Assembly: GCF_037042905.1 (NCBI RefSeq)
Contig: NC_087245.1
Span: 32,180,001 to 32,244,000, forward strand
Direction of reading: 5' to 3'
DNA length: 64,000 bases
From: Lytechinus pictus
Lineage: Eukaryota
In this document: positions 13,826 to 26,649 of the stretch, piece by piece
How positions within the stretch are numbered: the stretch's first letter is position 1
Layout: each line of letters opens with the position of its first letter
Translations under genes and position numbers: made by a program
Notes under the pieces: model-generated
The model's database searches: none
The model's input: the letters and a program-made list of their open reading frames with translations, nothing else
What the model was told of the DNA's origin: nothing

Positions 13826-13996
13826 GAGGGTGTTTCATATAGATGTTCGTAAGTTAAGAGCGACTTTAAGAACGACTGGTGAACCTTTCTTACGCGCTAA
13901 ACCATCGCCAATGAATATACCATTTGCCATAAGAAAGGATCACCAGTCGTTCTTAAAGTCGCTCTTAACTTACGAACAGCTTTATGAAACACCCAC
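13826..13996. mobile_element. PIF/Harbinger-like MITE with long TIRs, CWG target
   Basis: GAGGGTGTTTCAT...GTTCGTAAGTTAAGAGCGACTTTAAGAACGACTGGTGA / TCACCAGTCGTTCTTAAAGTCGCTCTTAACTTACGAAC...ATGAAACACCCAC; flanked by CTG and CAG. Confidence 0.9.
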
Positions 13997-14569
13997 CAGG
14001 CAGTAAAACTTTTTCTTGTGGGGGTGGGGATGGTCTTATAAAAAGCATTCTGAAACTTTTTTCCAATTAAAAAAAAAAGGAAATTGTATTACATGTTTTC
14101 ATGTATAAACATGAATGTTTCATGCGTCTCAATGCGGGGAAATTAAGAATCACAAATGACTGCGCAGTCAATTAAGAATACAATGTAGGGGCGAGTGATT
14201 CAATAAACTTCTGAATCACGTGCAAAACCTCATTGTTCTTTCCACAATTACCATTGCTTTGATGAATTGTGTGATTGTCTGGAGTGAGAGGGAGGAATAA
14301 TCTTCTCACAGAACGTGGGTAAACCACACTGTGGGCATCTTGCAGGTTCAAATTAGTTTAATCAAATGTTCTATGCCTAAATCCAATAACCTGCTCAGTG
14401 AAACAAGACTGTGACACTTTTTTTTGTCTTGTAGTTAATCAGCCCTCCCTAATCAAATGGTTTTTTTTTTCAAATATATTTTTTTCAAGACACAGTACTT
14501 TCATATCTTCCAAAGATGAATTGATAAGACAAGACACTCTACTAAACCTGTCACTAACACTATACAGTA

Positions 14570-15150
14570 ATGACGGGGGTGTTAAATCTGACACCAGGTG
14601 GTGTCCCTAGAGAGCACCACACACTAAGGTGTTAATTTACACCCTAGGAATTGAACATAACACCAAAAAGTGAAAAGTAAAACCAAATGTGTTGTTCAAA
14701 CTCCCATGGGCGTTGAATTGTCACTCTAAATTCAACATCGGAGTAAAATAACCGGTGTGGTTCACTATATACCCCAATCGACTCCAAAGTTTCTGTTGTG
14801 AAGGCTTGGGGATACTTTTTCTTCTTCAGCTAGCCTTGTAGTCAATCAGCCCTGACCTCCTATTTCCTCTAGCCAACATCTAACAGCTCTTATGCTGCAC
14901 ATCCAAACACTTCAGAACGATCCATTACAGTGGCCCAAAATGCATCAAAAACTGTGTACGTGTTGTCCGGTGTACATAGAACACCGTACTAATCATTTTC
15001 CTCCGGTGTTAAATTTCTAGTGTTGTTATAACGCCTTTGGTTGTTACTTTTAACACTCATTGGTGTCATGTTCAATCTCTAGGACATATTATTAACACCT
15101 CAAGGTGCAGTCCTCTAAGGACACCAAGTGGTGTCAATATAACACAGTGT
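14570..15150. mobile_element. Two decayed ACACC-rich MITE copies in opposite orientation (about 14570-14790 and 14960-15150)
   Basis: GACACCAGGTGGTGTCCCTAGAG...GGTGTTAAT...TTGAACATAACACCAA vs TTGGTGTCATGTTCAA...ATTAACACC...CTCTAAGGACACCAAGTGGTGTC. Confidence 0.65.
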
Positions 15151-15361
15151 ATTCATATAGGAGGGTGCTACCCAAACTAGGGGAATGCGTCATCAAGATT
15201 TTAGTCTTTATCAATTAAACATCACTAAGAATCATGCATGTTCCAGACTGTCATAAAAAATGTACACATTACAACAGAATGATCATAGACTATAAATTTT
15301 GAGGCACTGTTTGGGAGTGTTCTATTCAAATTAAAGATTAGCCCATTGGAATCCTAGACCA

Positions 15362-15747
15362 TTAAAGGTATTGTTTAACTTTGTGAGCAGCCGATTTAAA
15401 AAATTCTCAAACCAAGATGAAACATGTGTACAAGTGCATGTATTAGAACTAATAAACCCTGAAAACAACCATTATTGAGAATGAAAAGCTAAAACTACAA
15501 GGCAAACCCCGATTTTGTAAATAGGCGTCTTTTTGATGCCTAAATAGTACACATAAGTGTATGGGATGAAATTGAGATGGTGTTTTCGGTCACTTTATAT
15601 TTCAATTTTTGAAGCACTAAATAATTATTTTCGAACGCAATTTTTTCCGGGCTTCATTTTTGTAACATATCACAGACACAGGTGACAAGTGTGACCTTCT
15701 AGCTCAGATTTTTTTAAAGTTAAACCAATGTTAACCAATCACTTTAA
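15362..15747. mobile_element. Kolobok-like non-autonomous element, TTAA TSD
   Basis: TTAA|AGGTATTGTTTAAC ... GTTAACCAATCACT|TTAA. Partial relatives at about 43220-43389 (same orientation) and 48845-49010 (reverse). Confidence 0.8.
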
Positions 15748-15762
15748 CATGATATAAATAAT

Positions 15763-15914
15763 CTGGGGTCTCTTACAGAAACAGTTGTAATCAAACGCAT
15801 CTCTAGAAATCAATCGCAACTTGGTTTGAGCCAATCATGCGTACGTTTTGGGGGCTTGCACTTGATTTTGTGTGTGTGTGTGTTTATGCACAACTCTACC
15901 TGCAACAGGCCTCT
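15763..15914. mobile_element. Decayed Harbinger-like MITE
   Basis: CTG GGGTCTCTTACAGAAACAGTTG ... CAACTCTACCTGCAACAGGCCT CTG: imperfect TIRs between CTG triplets. Confidence 0.5.
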
Positions 15915-17767
15915 GGTAAACCAATCAATGATAACTGTGTGGACACTAGACAGATTTATTAAATAGGTTATCTACTACACTGCACTACCATTTGAACTAT
16001 CATTTAACTCAATACAGGTAGAAAAAAATACGAGAAAATGAGAGAAAGTGAGGGAAAGGGGAAGGATGACAGAGATGAACGATTAGCAAAGAATACAATC
16101 TCTACACACAACGCCATGCAAGCAATGACGTCCATAATTGACAAGTTCCAGGCCCCATTTAACCCATCCTTCTCAGAAGAGCCCTTGTAACGTTCTCCAG
16201 GCTAATTGATGAGGGAGATCTACTTCACGTCATCCCCGATCTAGCGTCGGCGATGGCCAATATTATCACTGGCGATAGCTCGAGAATCTTATTTCATTTG
16301 TTGCATAAGAATTCGGCCCGGAGGTAGATAACGTCATCGCTTCTTTCAACAAGCTCTTATCGGTTAAGATGAGAGCAATGGAATAAGAAAGCACCCTTCA
16401 TTCCTATCATCAGTCAACTCTTTTTTTTAAACGGCCCCTTTCACATAAGGAGTGGATTATCACGACAAACCACAGCTTCATGGTAATACTATAGGCCTAC
16501 ACAAGCAATAATTCATTCAGCATAAGCGATGGACAAAATAATTGTAGCTTGTCTCATATCCATTCATCAGCATATATTGCTAAATGTTAAATGATTCTGG
16601 TGCTAAATTTAGGTTTAAAGATATATGAAAATAGAATTACCAGTTTAGCCATTTAGCCAACACAACAGGTCGACTAATGCAACTCATTTATGTATCACTC
16701 AATATGCAGTTATAAGACCCTACATAAATAAAAAAAGGAAATATTATTAAACTACAAATATCAGTGAAAGCTCAACTGTATATGTTTCGTTGCAAAATAT
16801 GAACATAGTCAAATCAGCATCATATCCCTCCTTCGGGTTACAGCCATTTTGTGCCATTACCATGGCAATGCAGTTCTTGGGGGGAAAACAGGTCTTTCTC
16901 ATCTTCAGTACGTGACCCTAGCACGGACGTACTATCAGATTCATGGTCAATAGAAGAGTTAGTGCAATCAACAGTTTTGCAATAGATCAAATTCCTAAAA
17001 GGTACTATCCGCCTATTTATATCTTTATGTATTCCAATCAGACATTATTCAACAAAGGCTTACAAATAAATTTGTACATATCACATCAAATATAGTCTTC
17101 ATATTTTTAGAGAAAGCTGCAAAGGATAATCTAATGGGGTCACAAAAAAACATGTTTCATAAAGAAGAATAAATTGTTTGCTGGGTGGATTTTTTTGCGA
17201 AATAATGCCTAAAATATCATGCCTTTTAAAAAACAAAGACCAGAAAAGAGCAAAACTTGTGGATATGCTGAACTGAAATATGAATGTATAGTTGAAAAGG
17301 TGATGCAGCACCTGTATCCAGCACAGAAGTTAATCAAGCATTAAAGTGCACAACTTAAACATTGTCATCATATGTATTCTATTACTTTTTTATCCTGGGC
17401 TGTTTAATCCAATTTCTCCAGACAATCATCAATAACATTTTCCTTCTTTTTTTTTACAATGCATGGCAAGCATTGATTTAAAGCCATGTAAAAAAAATGG
17501 CTCCTGTGTAGATTAAGAAATTTAAATTTATCTTGTTCCGTCTTTCTTTTGTATTTATGGGTTTAATAGATATTAGTATGAGATCAATGGATAGAAAAAC
17601 TAAAACAGAAACATTTCTTTCATGTAATGTATACTACTTATTACTAATTGCATTATCAAATAGTTATCTCTCTCTTCACTTCTCCCACTCTCTGCCCCTT
17701 TCTCAATTTTCTTTCTCAGTTTATCCCACTTTCCTACTCTTCTTCACCAAACTCTCTCTCTCTCTTT

Positions 17768-18245
17768 AGGTGGTTTCAAACCGCCTCGATCACAAGAATC
17801 CCCGTTAAATTACGAGAACTTTTTTAGGCTGAAAAATACCCATTAATTATTCCTGCATTCACACCGCCCTGAAACATACCCTTCGGGATAAGTTCCTGAA
17901 GTTACGAGCATGCGCAGTATGGTCTGATAAGCAGCAAGGCGCGAAATTCAAAATCACTAGCCCAGCAGCAACCCATGCACGGCGCCGCACCCAACGACAC
18001 GCTGGGCTAAAAGTTCCCGTAATTTGCTTTCAGACCGCCAAAATACCCACGACCTTGGAAAAATCCCCGCGAAAGTTCTCGTAATTTCGCCAAGTACCTA
18101 CTATTTATCGGGTATTTTCTTTCGAGGATATTACGCGTAGTTTGCTTTCAGACCGCCAAAATACCTGGTATTTTCTGATCGGGGTTAATTTCCCGATCAG
18201 AGAATACCTGGAACTGGCGAACTTCGAGGCGGTCTGAAACCACCT
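17768..18245. mobile_element. PIF/Harbinger-like MITE inserted in a CT-rich tract
   Basis: TIR AGGTGGTTTCAAACCGCCTCGA / TCGAGGCGGTCTGAAACCACCT; internal repeat TTTGCTTTCAGACCGCCAAAATACC occurs twice; CpG-rich. Confidence 0.9.
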
Positions 18246-18879
18246 TCTCTATCTCTCTAACTACTAGCTTCATTCCCCAATCCCTCACCTCTCTCGATCT
18301 CCTCCCCCTTCATCTCTCTCTAATACAGAAAGCTCAAAACCCCATTACCGCAGTGATACCTCTAGCCTCATTGACCCACATGCATTTTCATAGAGTGGGA
18401 CTAGGCTAATATTGGAGGTAGCATTGTGAGCAAACAGGCTGTCCACCGCAAGTCACTAGCATCAGTATAAATCCTTCATTCTCCCCCAGCAAGCTTTGTC
18501 AATATTGAAATAAAGTTCATGACCTATCAGGCTCCTAGATGCATGAAGTTTCTTTGTTAAATCACAATAAGCACTCTTGCTTTAATATATGCAAGCACAT
18601 GCACCCATCCCCTAGACCGTGTTGAGGTAAGGTTTCACAAGACATTTTATCAATTCAGTCAAGACCAGTGCTTCCACTTTTCAAAACAAAACTTCCTGGA
18701 ATTTACTTTGAAAGTTCCTCGGAAAATATCTCAGAATTTTACAAATGTTCTCCAGTCTTTCATAAGATGTTACACTTCTCTTCTATACACAAAAAAAGAT
18801 AATATAGGGCCCTGTGCCGTAATGAGCCAAAAAAAATTGAGGGGGCGAAATATGACCAAAAGATATATTGGGCAAAAGA

Positions 18880-19020
18880 ATCATCATCATCTTCATCGCC
18901 ATCATGTATTCATCATCAGCACCAATTCCATCATCATCACCATCACTACTATCATCATCACCATCAACATCATCATTATCAACAGCATCATCATCATCAC
19001 AACCACCATTATCATTACCG
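18880..19020. repeat. Imperfect (CAT)n microsatellite
   Basis: CATCATCAT/CACCAT runs. Confidence 0.9.
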
Positions 19021-19947
19021 ATAGCTTAACTTCTAAAGCATGAAATTTATAGTATTACCTAGCATGCCATTTCGATTCCATAATGATATTTGGGTCACGT
19101 AACATAGTGCAATTTCACTCAAGGTATCCATCCACACTGTTTGTATCATAGCTCCCCATCGATACACCAGTGCAGGTTCAACGTCCAGGGATGATAACTC
19201 CACAAAAAAAAAAGAGGCTCTCATTTTGATATTCATGAAAAGCTGGTGCATTAATCCTCGTCTGAGAGTTTTTATTGATATTAGAAAAGAGGGATTGGAT
19301 CGGCAGTCAAGGGGATAGATTCCATCTCGAGCGCTGACGAAGAGGTTCTTGCCTTTCACTAGATCCGTGAAATCTCCGCTAACAATGTCGAAGCAGGTGT
19401 CGGAGGGGATAGAAGGAGAAGAGGAAGATATAAAGGCGTAAAACAAGAAGCGGTGTGGAGTTTCACAGAAACTTATACAGCGTTAATCTCGCTGGATGCG
19501 ATACTGGGTGTACGGGCGAGTTCACACGAACCCCAACATGTGGGGCGAGTTCACATGAATACGGTGTCCTAATATGTGATACGGTTGTACAGGTGGGTTC
19601 ACACACATCCAAACGTGCAAGCAGAGTTTCATATCTCACTGGAAGTGATAAGTATGAGCATGGGTCAGTTCGAATGAAAATAATCTTAATCCTAATCGAT
19701 GGGCAAACAGATGAATACACATGAAAGTGTTTAATGAAAGATGTGATACTCCAAGTATGGGCACACAAAACCGCCACAAATTTTAACCCTATTGATCGAT
19801 AATACTCTATATAGAGGTGTGTTCAAAGCTAAGTTATTATTGGGCTGGAATTCCCCTTCAACTCTCAAAAGTGCCTTTTCATCAATGGCAAGCGAGACAA
19901 ATAAAAAGTGAGGCAAACTTACAGGCATCCCACTACAAAGACATCTG

Positions 19948-20159
19948 GGGGGTGTTTCACAAAGATTTAAGTATAACTTAAGTCGCACTTAAATGCCGAT
20001 GCGTACATGATATGCAACGCGCGATCTTATTGATAGATACGCAGTAGTGCGCGTCCTCATGACACGATCTGACCAATGCGGTCAAGCCTTTTGTACCGTA
20101 TGCAACTCGGTATTTAAGTGCGACTCTAAGTCATACTTAAATCTTTGTGAAACACCCCC
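19948..20159. mobile_element. PIF/Harbinger-like MITE, CWG target
   Basis: TIR GGGGGTGTTTCACAAAGATTTAAGTAT..AGTCGCACTTAAAT / ATTTAAGTGCGACT..ATACTTAAATCTTTGTGAAACACCCCC; CTG and CAG flanks. Confidence 0.9.
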
Positions 20160-20574
20160 CAGGAAGCTCTTCTGCAATTTCTTTTCTTATTTTTTTTTGG
20201 AGGGGGAAGAGAACTTTGGGTCTGTGCCCACCCTCTTCATATCAATAAGTCCTCCCGAGTTCTCAAGCACTGGAAAGTCAGAAAAGAAGGAACTGCATCC
20301 ATAGATTTGATGAAATGAGCTAATTACTGAGATTGGAATAAATTTTGAAGATCCTAGTCATAATGCTTTGCACCATGGTACTGTAGCGCAACTACAATGG
20401 AAAGAGGTAGAAAGACTCCTTGCTTCATGGCGCAACCACCATTGCACACTTCAACATGAAAGTAGCACCCATCACATCCAACTACCAAAGCAGGAACTAT
20501 CTTAAATTCTACTTGCTATATACACAATAAAAATTATTGTCATGCTATAATCAAACATACCCATCACTTATGCA

Positions 20575-20914
20575 GCAGTCACATTTCCCCTATGGCGGCC
20601 GACGGCAAGTCAAAAACCGCTGTTTTATTCATCTTTATTAAAATCACATACATGAATTATTTTATTCATAAGTCCACTGTTTGAAGAGTGGACTCATGAA
20701 TAAAAACAGTGGACTCATGAATAAAATAGCGTGGGTAACCACATCAACAGGCGTCAATTTGGCGCACTGTGACAAAAGCACGCATCAGCATCGTTGGACA
20801 TTTTTTATACACGCGCCCAATACGCGCTAAATTAAGCGTAATTAAAAAGAGGAAATCTGCATAAACCATGGACTCAACAGTGGGTTTTTAAAACCGCCTT
20901 TGTGAATTCGGGCC
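20575..20914. mobile_element. Juxtaposed MITE fragments (Harbinger-like right end GTGAATTCGGGCC) with a 21-bp internal duplication
   Basis: CpG-rich block; AGTGGACTCATGAATAAAA repeated twice, with inverted TTTTATTCATAAGTCCACT upstream. Confidence 0.55.
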
Positions 20915-21481
20915 AGAGAGTTTGGAGTTTAGTCTTCACTCTAGACATGGTCTAGTTGATAAAAGTGTCAAATTTGAGACTCTGCTTGTAGACTATTCAT
21001 CATTATGCTAGTAAATGCTATCAAAGTACTCGATCAAGGTCTGCAAAAGGAGACTAATGCATTGCTACACTCAACCTTCAACACATGACGTCAAACACAA
21101 GAAATATAATTCAATCATATTAGGTCTTATTCAAAACGTTCTCTTCATCAGTTATCTGGATGCCATGCAAAAAAAAGGATCACTACTGGCAACAAAAAGG
21201 TCTATGCAGAATCTGCATTCAATTTTGGTTTTCCCGTCATACTTATTAATCTATATCAGGTTACTTCCAGATTCATAAGTAGCTGTTCATTGCATATCAT
21301 TACCAAAGAAACAATTATATTAAGAAAAAAAAACATGACGAAAACAACACAAAACAAGTTCAACTCATTACAATGTCGCATTTTCTTTATCAATCTTTTT
21401 TAGTTGTATAGTATCTTAGTATGTTGTGAAGTGCATTTATCATACAAGCACTTGCCTTCAAATTTATTGCCACTCGACAGA

Positions 21482-21894
21482 TTAAAGGTAAAAGACAATA
21501 GTTGCAGCAAACAATTATTTCATGAGAAAATCTTTTAAATCAAGATTAATTGTCAAAATATTATCATACATCTAGATCTGGTACAATAGCGTAAACTTAG
21601 TAACTATGTAAAATCATGAAATCTTAACTCAAAAATCAAAATCGATAATTCTGTTGTTCACTAACACAGAAAAGCATACGTGGGACAGTGTATTAATATT
21701 GCTTCGAAAAATGTCCGACGTTTGGTGGAATTCCGTGCATATTTTGCTCATTTCTCAGCTATTACGCATTTTCTTCCAGAGACATTTGGGCACATTTTTT
21801 TAAATTATACATACAAACACTTTGGTGGTTAATATCATTGGATTCTGTTTGAACTCATTTTGAGATCATTACCACAACTGGTATTTATGTTTAA
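21482..21894. mobile_element. Kolobok-like non-autonomous element, TTAA TSD
   Basis: TTAA|AGGTAAAAGACAATAGTTG ... CAACTGGTATTTATGT|TTAA; second copy at 12166. Confidence 0.8.
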
Positions 21895-22550
21895 CTGCAG
21901 ATATATCGAAGGAGAATTTATTCAAATTGAGGATGGTTTTGTACATTCAATGACATGTACCTTGTGAAATGAGCCTCATCTCTAATGAAAGATCACCATT
22001 GTGCTGTGGACACTGTGATGAATACACAATGCACTACACAATGACATCTAATCAATGCCCATTTGCCATTAAGAGACAAGCCTCTCAGTCAAATGCTTTC
22101 AGAAAGGTTTACATTTCAATGATAAATATCTAATGACCATTGTACTGTATTGTAATACATTCCATATTCTATTATGTTCATATGTTCCAGCTACAAGAAA
22201 AATATTCATGCTTGAACCTACTCCATAGGCCAATGAATATATTTATTATATTCTTATGCAAAAATACCTGGACATTTGTATCATCTCACTCCTGCCCAGT
22301 TCATATAATGAGTATGTCCATAATTGATGTGTTTGACAGTATATCAACCTCCCATTGGCTTTTTATTGGATAATATCGAGAGAAATAGAATTTATTTGCA
22401 ACACTGTCAAGTAAGATTTGCCATCCAATCATAGGTAACATCCGAAAGAAAAAGATTTCAAGGGATTGTTTCAGTTGGTATACAATTAGATCTTCAATTT
22501 TTTTTCTAATACAGTCACACTGAAGAAACCGACCCCATGCAGGATTGCAG

Positions 22551-22720
22551 GTGGGTGTTTCATAAAGCTGTTCGTAAAGTTACGAACGACTTTACGCACA
22601 ACTGGAACATGTTCTTAGGTCATAACTCAATTACATAGGGATATCACGTAGCACAAGAAAGGATCACCAGTCGTGCGTAAAGTCATTCGTATCTTACGAA
22701 CAGCTTTATGAAACACCCAC
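22551..22720. mobile_element. Harbinger-like MITE A, copy 1
   Basis: TIR GTGGGTGTTTCATAAAGCTGTTCGTAA / TTACGAACAGCTTTATGAAACACCCAC; CAG and CTG flanks. Confidence 0.9.
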
Positions 22721-22772
22721 CTGATCCCCTAAGCTATTATGTGCCGTTATTATAATTATTATTACACAACAG

Positions 22773-22942
22773 GTGGGTGTTTCATAAAGCTGTTCGTAAA
22801 GATACGAACGACTTTACGCACGACTAGAACATGTTCTTAGGTCATAACTCAATTACATAGGGATATCACGTAGCACAAGAAAGGATCACCAGTCGTGCGT
22901 AAAGTCATTCGTATCTTACGAACAGCTTTATGAAACACCCAC
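22773..22942. mobile_element. Harbinger-like MITE A, copy 2
   Basis: Near-identical to 22551-22720 at an offset of 222 bp. Confidence 0.9.
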
Positions 22943-22945
22943 CAG

Positions 22946-23102
22946 GGGACCGTTTCATCAACATTTTTGTCCGACAAGTTGTCAGATCTGACATCTTTCC
23001 TTGATTCTGATTGGCTGAGAGGCACTGTTACTATAGTAACTGTCGAATAAAATGGGACTTGTCGGCTAAAACGTCCGACAAGTCCTTTCATGAAACGCTC
23101 CC
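22946..23102. mobile_element. Harbinger-like MITE B abutting MITE A copy 2
   Basis: TIR GGGACCGTTTCAT / ATGAAACGCTCCC; CAG left and CTG right; internal GTCCGACAAGT repeats. Confidence 0.85.
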
Positions 23103-23312
23103 CTGATCCCCTAAGCTATTATGTGCCGTTATTATAATTATTATTACACTACAGGCTGTTTTGTCCTAAAATTGAGTCCCTCTAGAATTTTGTGCCAATA
23201 TTGATTTTTTTTTTTAAGCTAACTTTGTCAATTTGGGGGTGCTTAACATCATAATTGTGACATTCTCACAAACTTTAAGTTTAACCTTCCTGTTCCCTAT
23301 TAACTTGATAAA

Positions 23313-23544
23313 CAGTGGTGCTAAATTATGTTAGTGAATCCCACCAGGAAATGAACGTGTTTAAAAGTGTTCAGGTTCTGCCACCTTATAGACATTTGAT
23401 TGTGAAGTCAGCTGATAAAATATTACATTCAATAAAGTTTGTTTCTCTGGGCTCGCCTGACATTGTAGTGTTTTTTCTACTTTCAATAGTCCACATGAAG
23501 GAGAGCATTTTGTGGTGGGTTTCACTAACTTTCTAACACCACTG
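23313..23544. mobile_element. Tc1/mariner-type MITE (CAGTG...CACTG)
   Basis: CAGTGGTGCTAAA..GTTAGTGAATCCCACCA / TGGTGGGTTTCACTAAC..TAACACCACTG|TA; homologue at 52335-52558. Confidence 0.85.
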
Positions 23545-25867
23545 TATGAGTAAAAATAGACTTATTATTGGCAGCCATTTTGAATTTCAGAATGGTGGCT
23601 TAATGACATAAAACAATATTTCATGAAAATGTGTATTACAATGTCAGGCATCATTACTATGCCTTTTACCCAAATTTAACCTTCTTAAAGACGTATTAAA
23701 TTTGAAATAATGGGTCGAGATGCATTTTCTATTGGTGGCAATCATGAAATTCAAAATGGCCGCCCATGACGTGGTCGAAAAAAATGACCCAAAGTTCTTT
23801 GGGATTCAGTACCCCTCAAGTGACAAAGTTGGTAAAAAAAATCAATTTTGGCACAAAAATCCAACAGGATTACAGAGTAGCCTTTACTATATTATGTTAC
23901 TACCAATCGCAAACCGTTGATGTAACTCAAGAATTTGTCAGTACAAATCAGTCAGACCGCAGCTCGCACGATAATGAGCATATTCACGGAAATTTATTCA
24001 GCGGCCCTCTAGCGGTCTCCGAAGGAAAACGTGCGATCAATTTGGCTTGATTTTCCCACTGAATTGGAGGGGCTGAAGTTATAGCTCTGTCCTGGTCGCT
24101 AACTTCAGTTTACGTCGGAACGAATTGTGGTAAGTTATTCTCAAGACCTTCATCTACAGTTTGGTATATAATTTTCCATATTTCGACATTTTCAACCTAC
24201 CATTTTTACCTCTTTAATTGATGCTTATTTTAGTAATATTTTAACTGCGATTTTGTAGTCGGAATTTCACTTTTGGTTCCTGACTTTGCTACATAACCAA
24301 ATTGTTTCGATCAGGATTTTTTAGAAAGAAGAAAAGTCACTGTTCAAAATATGTCAGAACCAACTTGACGCAAACTCACCTTATATTTTTATTTTAGAGA
24401 AAATGATACCCTAAAAATCGAGAAATTTACGTTTTACCCGGAAGTAACCTTCTCGTTCACTCCACGTTGGCGCGAAATAATGCCAAAATTACGTTCGTCG
24501 CGGGTTTGTAGAATTTCGCCTTTGGTCCCATACGTTGAAACTTCTGTAATGATGGCAGATGGCTCGCATTATATGTGTCTGTGGACGGTGGACTTGTTTT
24601 TTTTAAATTAAGACTCAATATAAACGAAGCTTAATAAGTAGATCCCTTCTAAAGTTTTATTCAATGATTATCAGGTTTCCGAATTCCATCAATTTTTTAT
24701 TATAGATTGAGATATTTCTTGATTTATGTTGAAAATTGTTAACCTTTTTTCTTAATTAGTCGAAGTTGAGCCCCATGATGATTTTTGCCCAGCCTAGGCT
24801 GCGGTTAAGAATTAAATGATGATTAGCTCAGTCTACTCTAGAGACTATAAACAGTTTAAAGTCAAACTAAAAAGTCTGGTACTACCGTACTCAGTAGTAT
24901 TTATAAACCATTTTGTTCAAATAAAAAAATTGTGGCTGTCACAGACAGTACTTAGAGTCAGACTTAACTTAGTTAGTCTCTTAATTGACGTACATGTAAC
25001 ATAATTCATACTTTGAATGGTTATTTAGTAATTTAGACTATTTCTCTCTTTTTTTGTCTCTTCTACACACAGATCTGCATACTTGCTGACTCTGGTCTCT
25101 GCTTGCTACTTCATTCTGGGAGAGTCCATCATGTACTATAATGGTCAGACCATGATTTCGACAAAGCCCTTATTTCGTTTGCAAATTTTGGACTGATACA
25201 ACAGAAAATTTATCTTTATCGATATTGGAAACAAAAAAATTAGAGCACAGTTTTGGGGAGGACTAAGAATACTGACTTGGACAGGAATACAGCTTGACAA
25301 AAATAAAAATTCACAATTCAAAACCAAAGAACATTTTTAATGTTACTAATAGTGCATTGCAAGAAACTTTCTACTCAATCACACATTCCAAAATTAAACA
25401 TGTAGTTGATTTGCAATTGAAATTGAACATAAGTTTCTTGCAATGCCCCATAATCATATTTTGTTCTAAAGCAACTCTGTTATATGATATCTAATGTGCT
25501 GAAGGTTAAGTGCCATGTATGTTCACAATTTTTTTTTTTCGAAGGTATAATATATTTGTCCTTTTAAACGGTATTTGAATGTGGTTACGCCTTGTTTTTG
25601 TTTTCCACAGTAATTATTGCATATATGAACAGAAGTGAAATATTTGTTGTGAAGCACTGTATGAATGTTGTGTGATCATGGAGCTATGGTGTGATGGTAT
25701 TATAATTAATTCATCATTTTTGTTATAAGACTGTAAACCTGGTGGATGTGAGGGAGTGGCCTGGATGAAAGGAAAGTGAGCATGTGTCCAATTACGGATT
25801 TGCATATGTTTAGACAATTTTGTTCGTGGATAAATATTAATGTGCATTCCCTATTCCAAGCAAAGAG

Positions 25868-26409
25868 TAAAGGAGAAGTCCACCCCACCAAAAAATTAAT
25901 TTGAATTTAAAGAAAAATAAAGTATTGCAGAAAATTTCATAAAAACTATGATTCAAAATTAAAAAAATTACTATTTTGACATTGAGAAATTTGCCTAATT
26001 TTATAAAACAATTATATGCTCATCTTGGTCAATGTGCAAATTACAGACCCGATTATGTCACAAGCACTCTAATTTCTTGTGTATTTTTTTGTTTGATACC
26101 TGTACATGACATGTATATTTTATTTTAATTTTCATTAACAAATTTTGAGAGGGATTTTAATTCCTCCATTAACATTCGTAGTTTCCATAAATGTAACCTA
26201 TTGTGATTCGAGGAAGATTTTTTAGATCAAATTTGCTAAAATTTATATAATAAAAATGCAACAAAAATTTAAAAAGTAATGTGATGTGAGTGACATAATC
26301 AACTCTATTTGCATACCATTGTTTTGTGTATATAACTGTTTTGTGTTAAAAAAGGGAAATTTCTGTATTTATTCAAATAATTTTTTGTTGATGTGCACTT
26401 GACCTTTAA
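25868..26409. mobile_element. Older Kolobok-like MITE nested in the 3.24-kb element
   Basis: TAAAGGAGAAGTCCACCCCA ... TGCACTTGACCTTTAA; diverged relative of 27239-27819. Confidence 0.75.
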
Positions 26410-26649
26410 CTCACTTCCCTTCCCACCCCTGCCCAAATAAGTGTAATCAAGAACTTGAAAATCAAACGCAGTGATTAAGAAGAAGTAAGAATTAATCATA
26501 GAGCTATTAATAGCTCCATGATTTAATAAATACAGGCCTAAATAGAACTTCACATGAAAGTAAAAAGAGAATAAAGCTGGGTAGGAACGATGAAGGAATA
26601 TGATTTAAAGAAAAAGCATAAACATATCCCCATCACCCCCCCCCCCCCC

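Noticed and set aside
18708..19043. His/Ile-rich 111-aa ORF
   Set aside because: It is a (CAT)n microsatellite read-through.
19033..19777. 137-aa and 104-aa minus-strand ORFs
   Set aside because: No recognisable domain, non-ATG starts and no convincing splice framing.
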